The notes under the pieces were generated by a model, which worked only from the letters and a program-made list of their open reading frames with translations, was not told where the DNA came from and made no database searches. Below, piece by piece: positions 8,112 through 15,898 of a stretch of 32,000 bases of DNA. The DNA is from Vibrio vulnificus CMCP6. Its GTDB lineage: Bacteria > Pseudomonadota > Gammaproteobacteria > Enterobacterales > Vibrionaceae. Made by a program: the position numbers and the translations under genes. The DNA is taken from NCBI RefSeq assembly GCF_000039765.1, contig NC_004460.2, positions 120,001 through 152,000 of the forward strand. The letters run 5' to 3'. Positions within the stretch are counted from its first letter, which is position 1. Every line of letters starts with the position of its first letter.

Positions 8112-10466
8112 CTATCGGTTCTCAAAACGATTATAGTCAAGCAATCCAAATTCGATAGGTTGATCGTTGCGATACCAAGTATGAACTTTGTCGCTAAACG
8201 ACCAGAAATTGGTTGAGCTACGACGAATCGCAAACTTATCCAATAACTTAACGTAGTCTTGCTCAGATTCCATTGAAGTAATGATTTGAACGAATTCGGC
8301 TACTTGGTTTTCGTTCAACGAGAAGAACGCCGCAGGGTAGCTTCCGACAACGCCGCGCACTATGGTGAGGTCGTCATTCGCTGGGTCACGATTTTTCTCT
8401 TCGTTAAACAAACTTGAGATGTTCAAATGTGCATTGTTGTGCAGCAGTGTATAAAGCTGCTCTTTTCCAGAGTCTGCTTTGACCATCAACATAGTAATTT
8501 GCGGGATAGGCAACAGCTTTTCACCTTTTACCAAATTCAATGACTTCAGCAATGCTTCGTTTTTCAGGCTCATGCCAGTATCGACAATCTCATAGCGCGA
8601 ATTCAGGATTGGGCTTACTTGACGGCGTAATATGTCAAACAGCTCAGACTTGGGATCATCGGTTTTATATACAACGCTAGTCGGTTGGCTAAAGGGCACC
8701 ACATTGCGCTGCAAGAAATCGCTCAGTTGGCGGTTTTGCTGTTGATACCAGCTGGATTGCTCTTGGTGGCGCATATCTGCGGGCAACAAGGCGATGAAGT
8801 TACTTTCACCTTCTAAACGAAGAAAATCCATAAACATGCGAGTGATCAACTGATGGCCAAAGTTGCCATACACATCAAAACCCGCCACTAACAAGTAGTG
8901 GATGCGTTCTAGCAAGGCGTAGTCGAGAACCCAGGCCGTTTTGGGCTTCTCACCCACCAATCCCTGTACCACTGAGGCACTATCAAAGTGACGGAACACG
9001 GTTAACGCGGCATTGGGGTTAGTGCCATTGCCATCCCATATGATGTCGGTGGTGAGATGCGTACCATTTTTAAACCAATGGTTAATGAACTCCGATTTCG
9101 CTTCTAAATAGCGAGCTTGTTGGGCGGAATATTTGACCCAATTGGTGACTGGTAGGGTGTTACTTTCGAGTTCGCCCGGTAGTTTTAGATTATCGGCTTG
9201 TGAGCGATAAAACTCATTAACTGCAGGAAGATCCGCTTTGTCAGGATCGAGGAAGAAAACCCAGAAACGATCGTTAATCACATTCAGCGCCAACTGGCCG
9301 CGGCACACTGGTCCCTTTATGTAAGCCATAATGGTGTTTTGTGCGTTATCTAGCATGAATTTAAAGCGTGCTTTCACTGGGAGGTCAATAAAAGCGCTCA
9401 TTGGGTTGGCGGCAATCTCAGGATCGTAACTTGGCAACTGCTCGACGACGTAATCTGCGTCAATAAACCACGCTTTCCAATCCTTCATTCGCTGGCTATT
9501 GAGAGCAAAAGGCATGTGTGTCTTATCAACAATCGTGCCTTGCTCGGGAATGATTCGATAGTAAACACGTTCTACACCCGGATCATCGTAGGGGCGACGA
9601 GTAACAATGCGCTGTACGGGTTCGCCTGGTGGGGTGGACGAACGAACCATAGTAAAGAAGCGAGGTTCCCCCTCTAACTCAGAGAAATAGAGATGCGATA
9701 AAAAAAGATGCTCGTAGATATAACGTGCAGCAAGCTGGTTTTTGCGTGAACTCTTATTGAACATTTGTTCGTATCGCGTGATCTCTGCTGCCTGCTCACG
9801 AGTGAGCGGGAGGTGATCGTTCATGATCGCGCCATTTTCTAACCAAGCCATGAGTGTTTGGTGTTCTTTGGCCGAAAGATTTGGCATACCAAAGGGCATT
9901 CCCCAGCTTGGATTGGTACGCTCGTACTGATCAAATTCTTCAATCGTCGGACAGGTTTGTTCGCGATCAATCGAAAAATCAAATCCTTCAAGTTGGTCCT
10001 GTTGAGGAAGGGGATGACGCTCCTTCTGTTGCAGCAATCTCGCAATCAAGCCGGCATCAATGTTGGCAACACCGGTTTGGGCACGCTCGTTGAGCACAGG
10101 ATGAAAGCCCGCATCACGCCACTCTTGGGTGGTTTGTGCATCTTCAAATAAGCGTGTGGGTGCTGTGGCTGTGAGACGAGTCCCTTGATAAACAAGCGTC
10201 TTGCTTGCGCCACGGTCAATACCTTCTACAGAAGAGAGTTTGAGTTGACATGGCGCGTCGTAGAGCGTGTGACAAACCACACATCGGTTTTCGATGATGG
10301 GCTTGACATCGTGCATAAAAAACGCACTTTGAGCCGATTGAATGTGCGCGGTCCGGTCGCGGACTTCGGCCTCGCCAAACAGCTGATCATAGTTGAGCCC
10401 AGCATAGGTGGCACAACCTGCAAAAAGTGTGACTACTGCTAGTATTAGAAATGTTCTAAATTTCAT
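8112..10466 (-). CDS. cti: Fatty acid cis/trans isomerase (cytochrome c-type, periplasmic)
   Basis: 784 aa. The N-terminal signal ends in the lipobox-like LFAGC. There is a single haem c motif in the context RCVVCHTLYDAPCQLKLSS. Size and N-terminal haem site match the Pseudomonas/Vibrio Cti family as I recall it. Confidence 0.8.
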   Translation of the reverse strand: MKFRTFLILAVVTLFAGCATYAGLNYDQLFGEAEVRDRTAHIQSAQSAFFMHDVKPIIENRCVVCHTLYDAPCQLKLSSVEGIDRGASKTLVYQGTRLTATAPTRLFEDAQTTQEWRDAGFHPVLNERAQTGVANIDAGLIARLLQQKERHPLPQQDQLEGFDFSIDREQTCPTIEEFDQYERTNPSWGMPFGMPNLSAKEHQTLMAWLENGAIMNDHLPLTREQAAEITRYEQMFNKSSRKNQLAARYIYEHLFLSHLYFSELEGEPRFFTMVRSSTPPGEPVQRIVTRRPYDDPGVERVYYRIIPEQGTIVDKTHMPFALNSQRMKDWKAWFIDADYVVEQLPSYDPEIAANPMSAFIDLPVKARFKFMLDNAQNTIMAYIKGPVCRGQLALNVINDRFWVFFLDPDKADLPAVNEFYRSQADNLKLPGELESNTLPVTNWVKYSAQQARYLEAKSEFINHWFKNGTHLTTDIIWDGNGTNPNAALTVFRHFDSASVVQGLVGEKPKTAWVLDYALLERIHYLLVAGFDVYGNFGHQLITRMFMDFLRLEGESNFIALLPADMRHQEQSSWYQQQNRQLSDFLQRNVVPFSQPTSVVYKTDDPKSELFDILRRQVSPILNSRYEIVDTGMSLKNEALLKSLNLVKGEKLLPIPQITMLMVKADSGKEQLYTLLHNNAHLNISSLFNEEKNRDPANDDLTIVRGVVGSYPAAFFSLNENQVAEFVQIITSMESEQDYVKLLDKFAIRRSSTNFWSFSDKVHTWYRNDQPIEFGLLDYNRFENR

Positions 10467-11072
10467 TTGGTTAATCGTCTAAATAAGCCATAGTGTTTAT
10501 TATACTCAAATAACGGTGAGATGCTTGGCCGCCCGACAAGTTTAAGATATCGACGTTATTTGGGTAGAAGGTGCAGAAGAATAGCGCTTTCAATAATAAA
10601 ACACCATGCAAAATCAAGATTGTGATTGCCCTCTAGCTGAGCATTGCTTAAGGCTGAGATGGCAGATAGGTTTTTTTGATTAGCTCACGCTTCTGACTTA
10701 TTGGGCTATCTCGCTACACGTTTTGTGTTAAATGTTTTATAGAGAGATATTGGAGTGGTTTCACTTGAAAACACAGTTTTTGCTAATGATGCTGATTTTT
10801 TGACCGGCAAACGATGCTCGGTTATTCAATAGTTTTCGTAATGTAACTGGTTGTTTCTTGATGCCATTACTGTCAGCAGGAGCAAAATTGAGCGATAAAA
10901 TTATGTAATTAGCTCAAAAGTGTGATTTGGTTTAGACTTTGAAAACAATATTCTCAACAGGATTGATATACAATGATTTTTCAGGAGATCGTTTCTAATA
11001 ATTAGCAGAGCTCTTGAGCTTCTTCTCAAGTACGGATTTGTCGCGGTACTAGAAGGAAGGTTTGTTTAGATT

Positions 11073-11096
11073 AACGAGATGCTTATCTCGTTTTGC
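11073..11096 (+). promoter_or_regulatory. Terminator-like hairpin in the 5' leader of the first PEGA gene
   Basis: Sequence is AACGAGAT-gctt-ATCTCGTT-TTGC, an 8-bp perfect stem with a short T-run, ~40 nt upstream of ATG 11132. A second hairpin, CTTGAG-cttctt-CTCAAG, lies at 11013-11030. Confidence 0.3.
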
Positions 11097-11131
11097 ACGT
11101 ACAGAATGTAACGTTATTTGAGCAGGGAACT

Positions 11132-12229
11132 ATGAACATACGTCCAATCCCAGCGCTTTTGCTTGCGCTAAGTTTTCCATGGGCATCTTCTGTGTTGGCA
11201 GAAGAGGTGAATCAGGCCGATCCAGTTGCCGCCGTTGATGAAAAAATCGATGCAAAACAACAAGAGATCAAAGCAGTAGAAGAGCAATACAGCGAAGAAA
11301 GCGGTCAACTGAAAGGGTTGAAAGGCGACAACGCTCGTTTGCAGCGAGAAGCCGAAGAGCTGGAAGCGAAACGTAACCGAGCGAAATCTGCTCTTGATAA
11401 GCAGTATGCTCGTTTACTGGAAGACCCAGATACTGACCTTGTTTCTTTCCAGAAAAAATACCAAGAGTCTTGGGAAGCGTTGAAACAGAATCAAAACGAA
11501 AAGCTCAAGAGTGATCAAAGTATCGTAGAAAGCGAATCTCGTTTATCTCAGCTAAAACAGAAGCTGGCACGCTTAAACAGTGAATACACGAATTTACAAG
11601 AGTCTCACGTTGAAGCGCGTGTAAAACGTTTGGAAGCTGAGCTTCGCGAAAGCGCGGTACTAGAAACACGTTACACGACGACTTGTTCATCAACGATGAC
11701 GATTGGCGAGTGTATTAGCCAAGGCAAATATCTCACCAAGCAAAAAGCCGTAAACACTTTTAAAGATAAACTTTTGTCAGGCTTGACGGAATCGGTGTTG
11801 GCGAAGCAAAACTTGCAAGGTGTTCAGTTAAATATCCACGTTCAAGAGAGTCAAACGATTGAAAGTGGCTTCTCAGGCAATGGTGCGTATAGCACGAGTA
11901 TTCAGGCTCAGCTTCAAGCAAAACCAGAAGCAACGGCAGCATGTAAACTACTTTCTGTATCAAGCCGCTACTGTTTATCAGCGAGCAGTAACTCATCAAA
12001 GCAAGAGAAAAAAGATTGGGTCACAGTAACGGTAAGATCGGATCAGTACAATGATGCGGTGACGATCAATGGCGTTAGCTACGGAAGTACGCCAGTCGAA
12101 TTGCTCTTGCCTAAAGGCAAGCATCGTTTTACGGTGTCGAAACCGGGCTACGAAACGTATAATCGTGAGATTTATGTCGGCTCGACCGATACCGTTTGGG
12201 TCAAGTTGGTTGAAGATAAGCAGGGGTAA
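11132..12229 (+). CDS. Secreted coiled-coil protein with a 4-Cys middle domain and a C-terminal PEGA domain (paralog 1)
   Basis: Start moved to ATG 11132 (AGGGAA Shine-Dalgarno), giving the signal peptide MNIRPIPALLLALSFPWASSVLA. About 150 aa of charged heptad-rich sequence follows. Then come Cys motifs TTCSSTMTIGEC and CKLLSVSSRYC, and a PEGA-like C-terminus VTVRSDQYNDAVTINGVSYGSTPVELLLPKGKHRFTVSKPGYETY. Confidence 0.75.
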   Translation: MNIRPIPALLLALSFPWASSVLAEEVNQADPVAAVDEKIDAKQQEIKAVEEQYSEESGQLKGLKGDNARLQREAEELEAKRNRAKSALDKQYARLLEDPDTDLVSFQKKYQESWEALKQNQNEKLKSDQSIVESESRLSQLKQKLARLNSEYTNLQESHVEARVKRLEAELRESAVLETRYTTTCSSTMTIGECISQGKYLTKQKAVNTFKDKLLSGLTESVLAKQNLQGVQLNIHVQESQTIESGFSGNGAYSTSIQAQLQAKPEATAACKLLSVSSRYCLSASSNSSKQEKKDWVTVTVRSDQYNDAVTINGVSYGSTPVELLLPKGKHRFTVSKPGYETYNREIYVGSTDTVWVKLVEDKQG

Positions 12230-12250
12230 CCCTGCTTTCGCATTTTTATT
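12220..12250 (+). terminator. Weak hairpin overlapping the stop codon of paralog 1 (possible partial terminator or attenuator between the paralogs)
   Basis: Sequence is GCAGGG-gtaa-CCCTGC followed by TTTCGCATTTTTATTT. The loop contains the TAA stop (12227-12229). The stem is only 6 bp. Confidence 0.35.
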
Positions 12251-12307
12251 TAAACGCCATTTTTCGATAATTTGGCATGTTCCCTAAGTTTTAATGAAGT
12301 ATTTATC

Positions 12308-14119
12308 ATGCGTTTAGTTTTTTCTGCACTTACACTTGCCATGCTGCCTGTTGTTGCTGGAATTCCTGCGATGGCGGAAGAAGCAAGCCCTGTGGTGGTT
12401 GTTGATGACGCTTTGTTCACCCAAAACACGTTGCTTAGCGATACGGAAAAGAAGAAATCGGCTAAACAGAATCAGTTGAATAACCAAGCAGAGCAGCTTG
12501 AGCGATTGAAACAACAAGAGGCTGAACTTGTTACGCGACTCGATAAGGCGAAGCAACAGCTTGAGAAAGATTATCAACGTTTAAGTGATACGCCTGATTT
12601 TGATTTGATGCCCGCTCAGAGTGCCTATCAGTCCGCTTGGTCTAAGGTCAAGCAGAATCAAAGCGAGCAGCTCGAAGCGCGTCAAACGCATGAAACACTC
12701 GCAAGCGAATTGGCTGCGATTAACGCAGAAGAAACGGTGATTCGTGGCAAAATTGCACAGCTTCAAGAAGAACGTCAACGTGCTCGTATTGCGACCATGC
12801 GCAGTGAAATCAGCCAGAAAGGGGATCTCACCGTATCGTTCACCAATACTTGTCGTAGCGATATGACACTTGAACAATGTGCGAAACAAACAACGACCTT
12901 AGCGCTGCAAAAAGCGGTTCGTCAGTACCAAAGCGAACTGATCGACGGAACAACCGAAGCCAAATTGGCCAAACAGAATCAATCGCAAGCCGCTCTGAAT
13001 ATCCATGTATTGAAGCACCAGTCGTCGAAAGCTGAGTTTTCAGGTGAGAATCAATACACGCAAATTCTTAAGGTTTCTTTAAACACTCGACCTGCTGAAA
13101 ATGCGCCGTGCAAGCTGCTGAACATTGATTCGAAATACTGTTTTTCTCCAAGTCAGGTCGTCGACGGTGAAAAAGTGACCGAAACCGCTTGGCATACGCT
13201 GACCATTCGTTCCAATCAATATGGTGATACCGTTTTGATTGATGGGGTGAAGTATGGCTCAACCCCTGTTGAGATTATGCTGCCGATGGGCAATCACCAG
13301 ATCAGCATTGAGAAAGAAGGCTACAGTACCTTCCGTACCGATCTGATGGTTAGTCAAGACCAAACGCTGAGAGCAAATCTAGTGGCGAAACGCAATGTGG
13401 CCAAAACGGGTGAGACGTTTGCGGATAACTTAGGCTCGTTACCAGCACCTGAAATGGCGGTCGTGACAGAAGGCACTTATATGATAGGTGAGCGTGCGGG
13501 TAAGCAAGTTCGCTTGAATCGCGGATTTTCGATAAGTACAACGCCGATTACGGTTGCTCAGTTCCGTGCTTTTGTTGACCAAAGTAACTATCAGACAGAT
13601 GCTGAATTACACAAAATCTGTACTCGTATCGAACAAGCGACGATCACACCTATTGCCAACAAATACTGGCGTGATCCTGGTTTCAGCCAGCAAGAAAACT
13701 CTCCGGTTGTCTGTGTCAGTCAAAATGACGCGAACGCCTACGTTAACTGGCTATCCGACAAAACAGGCTACCATTACCGATTGCCTACCGAAGACGAATG
13801 GGAGATCGCAGCGAGAGCGGGATCGGAAGCCGATTATTGGTGGGGCGAGAAGTTTGGTTCGGGCCAAGCTAATACAGGGTGGGGGGGAACTCCTTGGTCA
13901 AATAACAGCACTTCTCCAGTGAAGTCATTTAGTGCCAATGGCTTTGGCCTCTATGATGTGGTTGGTAACGTCTGGGAGTGGACCGCAGACAGCAAAGGCT
14001 TGTTAAAAGGCGGTGCTTGGAGCTTCTCTCCTGAAAAAGCAAAAGCGGAATCGCAGTTGTTTATTTCTCCTGATTCTGCAGCAAACTTTGCAGGATTCCG
14101 AGTTGTCAGAGTACTGTAA
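12308..14119 (+). CDS. Secreted coiled-coil / 4-Cys / PEGA protein fused to a C-terminal FGE-sulfatase (SUMF1/DUF323)-like domain (paralog 2)
   Basis: Start moved to ATG 12308, giving the signal peptide MRLVFSALTLAMLPVVAGIPAMA. It is collinear with paralog 1 (shared LAKQN, LNIHV, FSG-N-Y, CKLL, YC, RS-QY-D-V-I-GV-YGSTPVE). It has an extra ~220-aa C-terminus with FGE-family motifs: PVVCVSQNDANAYVNWL, YRLPTEDEWEIAARAG, NGFGLYDVVGNVWEWT, KGGAW, GFRVVR. Confidence 0.8.
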   Translation: MRLVFSALTLAMLPVVAGIPAMAEEASPVVVVDDALFTQNTLLSDTEKKKSAKQNQLNNQAEQLERLKQQEAELVTRLDKAKQQLEKDYQRLSDTPDFDLMPAQSAYQSAWSKVKQNQSEQLEARQTHETLASELAAINAEETVIRGKIAQLQEERQRARIATMRSEISQKGDLTVSFTNTCRSDMTLEQCAKQTTTLALQKAVRQYQSELIDGTTEAKLAKQNQSQAALNIHVLKHQSSKAEFSGENQYTQILKVSLNTRPAENAPCKLLNIDSKYCFSPSQVVDGEKVTETAWHTLTIRSNQYGDTVLIDGVKYGSTPVEIMLPMGNHQISIEKEGYSTFRTDLMVSQDQTLRANLVAKRNVAKTGETFADNLGSLPAPEMAVVTEGTYMIGERAGKQVRLNRGFSISTTPITVAQFRAFVDQSNYQTDAELHKICTRIEQATITPIANKYWRDPGFSQQENSPVVCVSQNDANAYVNWLSDKTGYHYRLPTEDEWEIAARAGSEADYWWGEKFGSGQANTGWGGTPWSNNSTSPVKSFSANGFGLYDVVGNVWEWTADSKGLLKGGAWSFSPEKAKAESQLFISPDSAANFAGFRVVRVL

Positions 14120-14137
14120 GCATCAGTAAGTAATGCG

Positions 14138-14168
14138 AATGGCGAGCCAATCGGCTCGCCATTTTATT
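14138..14168 (+). terminator. Rho-independent terminator after paralog 2
   Basis: Sequence is AATGGCGAGCC-aatc-GGCTCGCCATT followed by TTATTTA. The stem is GC-rich, 8-11 bp. Confidence 0.8.
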
Positions 14169-14214
14169 TATCAATATGGTTATTTTTAAATACAGTTATT
14201 TTCAAAATAGGGGA

Positions 14215-14415
14215 GTTAGCATAAGCAAATGAGCGTGACCTTATGCTACTTACTTGGTAGGCATAGCCACTTATCCCCTTCCTACTAGAAGCTGCTACGG
14301 TGTTGGCTGCATTCGTTCACTGCTCGCCAACCCGGCCTAATCACATAGCGTATCTATGCTCATGAGGACTCACTCATTTGCCGCCGACCTGCAACGCCAA
14401 GTTGTTTGGGTATAG
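14215..14415. repeat. ERIC-like (enterobacterial repetitive intergenic consensus family) imperfect-palindrome element, possibly with an extra partial copy at its left side
   Basis: The core, ~14271-14414, runs TATCCCC...GCTGCATTCGTTCAC...CTATGCTCATGAGGACTCACTCATTTGCCGCCGACCTGCAAC...GGGTATA. It aligns by eye with the ERIC consensus GCTGCGTTCGCTCAC...ATGTAAGCTCCTGGGGATTCACTCGCTTGCCGCC..CTGCAAC. The termini TATCCCC/GGGTATA are inverted. It is non-coding, and the ERIC1R primer region is recognisable. Confidence 0.55.
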
Positions 14416-14435
14416 CGATAGCAATGTCGACATGT

Positions 14436-14993
14436 TTATTCAGATTGTTGCGGCAGTTTGTGCGCGATTCCCGCATGACAATCAATACACGATTTCTCTC
14501 TTTCCTCCATGGTTTGATGCCGACGAGCAACCGTTCGATCTTGCGCAGTGAAATCCATCATCTCAACACTATGACAGTAGCGGCACTGCTGTGATTTGTT
14601 TGCCACAAATTCGTTGGTTACTTTTTCAAACAGTCTAGGTCGGTGCTCTGTCTCAAAGTTGTCCAGAGTGATGTCGCCCGACAACTTGTGAAAGATATCC
14701 GCAGTCGCCATGATTTTTAACTTGAGCTTAGGCAGCAATTCACGAGGGACATGGCAATCACTGCACGTTGCCGCAATCACACCTTTGGCGTTCTTGAAAT
14801 GAACGGACTCTTGGTATTCTTCGACAATAGTATCCATCCCAATATGGCAGCCAAAACAAAACGCATTGCTGTTGGTGAACGTCATACCCCAATGAAAGCC
14901 GCTCATGGCTATGGCACCAATAACAAAAGCCAAAACGCCTCCAAGTGGAACGCCTAACCACCATTTGTTGCGAGGTTTATCCCATAAGCTCAT
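14436..14993 (-). CDS. cymA: NapC/NirT/CymA-family membrane-anchored tetrahaem quinol dehydrogenase
   Basis: 185 aa. N-terminal TM anchor WWLGVPLGGVLAFVIGAIAMSGF. Four CXXCH motifs (CFGCH, CSDCH, CRYCH, CIDCH). Shine-Dalgarno GGGAG. It lies 26 bp downstream of the dihaem gene. There are no napAB or torZ neighbours; instead it is adjacent to mtrCAB. Confidence 0.8.
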   Translation of the reverse strand: MSLWDKPRNKWWLGVPLGGVLAFVIGAIAMSGFHWGMTFTNSNAFCFGCHIGMDTIVEEYQESVHFKNAKGVIAATCSDCHVPRELLPKLKLKIMATADIFHKLSGDITLDNFETEHRPRLFEKVTNEFVANKSQQCRYCHSVEMMDFTAQDRTVARRHQTMEEREKSCIDCHAGIAHKLPQQSE

Positions 14994-15019
14994 AAGACCA
15001 CTCCCTGATATAAACGTAT

Positions 15020-15643
15020 TTATTGGAAGCTTGCATAATATTCAACAAGTGCTTGTCGCTCTTCTTGAGATAAGGCTTTAATCGCTTTATCCATTTTCTT
15101 ATCTGCTGAACGTTTGCCTTGATGAAATTGCGTTAAGGTGGTTATCAAATAGCCTTTTTGTTGGCCAGCCAAAATGGACGCTTCATCAAGAGGATCGCTT
15201 CCACCATCGGCATGACAGCTTTCGCAACTTTTTAGGTGAATGGCTTTACCTTGGTTTGCCAGTGCTTGATCAAAAGGTTGCTTTGCGCGAACAAACTCCA
15301 TATCAGCGTAGTAGGCCGCCAGTTGTTCTATTTCCTCTTCTGTTAAAGAACGAACGATGGTTGCCATGTCTCCGGATTGACTGATATCTCCCGACACGTG
15401 TTGGACGGTATTGGCGGGGCGACCTTCTAGGTAACGTAGCATTTGGTCGCTGAGATTGAACTCAGGAATGCCCGCAATGGTGGGGATATCAGTGTGCCCA
15501 CTCACGCCATTTGCCCCATGGCATGCATCGCATTGTTTCTCGCTAACGAGGGCTTGCGTGCTAGCGAAAGCTGATCCAATTGAAGCGATAACCAGAGCAA
15601 TGGTACAGAAGATGTTGTTTAAAGTAGATTTTTTATCAAGCAT
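15020..15643 (-). CDS. pdsA: Periplasmic dihaem cytochrome c (c4-like); candidate PdsA-type periplasmic shuttle
   Basis: 207 aa. Signal peptide IALVIASIGSAFA. Two CXXCH motifs (CDACH, CESCH), one in each of two c-type repeats. It is the first gene of a two-gene operon with cymA and is divergent from mtrCAB. The pdsA name is a context-based inference. Confidence 0.6.
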   Translation of the reverse strand: MLDKKSTLNNIFCTIALVIASIGSAFASTQALVSEKQCDACHGANGVSGHTDIPTIAGIPEFNLSDQMLRYLEGRPANTVQHVSGDISQSGDMATIVRSLTEEEIEQLAAYYADMEFVRAKQPFDQALANQGKAIHLKSCESCHADGGSDPLDEASILAGQQKGYLITTLTQFHQGKRSADKKMDKAIKALSQEERQALVEYYASFQ

Positions 15644-15884
15644 AGCGTGACGTTCCTATAATTAAATAGTGCAGTGATACTTTCTAAAGTTAGTTGGCTT
15701 TCTAATTTGATAGTAATACATTATTTGAAATCTGCTCGATCTCTTTGATATTTTTGTTTGTTGTGCTAAGGAATTGAATTCGTGATTCGTTTGGATTCGT
15801 TATTGAGCTATTTTGGTATGGAATATTATTGGGTGTATAGCTTTATTTAATCTCGTTAATATCTAAATTATGACGGTGGTTTGG

Positions 15885-15898
15885 ATGATCTAAATCAA
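15885..15898. promoter_or_regulatory. Candidate FNR/CRP-family half-site palindrome in the pdsA<>mtrC control region
   Basis: aTGATctaaATCAA matches TTGAT-N4-ATCAA at 9/10 positions. A weaker site, TTGATagtaATACA, lies at 15707-15720, ~70 bp upstream of the pdsA ATG. The AT-rich background makes chance matches likely. Confidence 0.2.

Noticed and set aside
10467-11131. c-di-GMP (GEMM) riboswitch upstream of the secreted PEGA genes
   Set aside because: I looked for the conserved GEMM-I features (paired tetraloop/receptor hairpins with the GCACAGGGCAAACC-like core) and did not find them. Only generic hairpins are present.
12069-12287. 72-aa ORF bridging the gap between the two PEGA paralogs
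   Set aside because: It is out of frame with the paralog 1 C-terminus, which carries the conserved PEGA motif. It also crosses the stop-codon hairpin, and nothing supports it as a separate gene.
14436-14993. Alternative call of the tetrahaem protein as NapC or TorY/TorC
   Set aside because: No napAB/napD or torZ/torA genes are adjacent, and it lacks the extra C-terminal monohaem domain of TorC/TorY. It is operonic with a dihaem shuttle and faces mtrCAB, so the CymA-type role is preferred. Family-level homology cannot separate these by eye.
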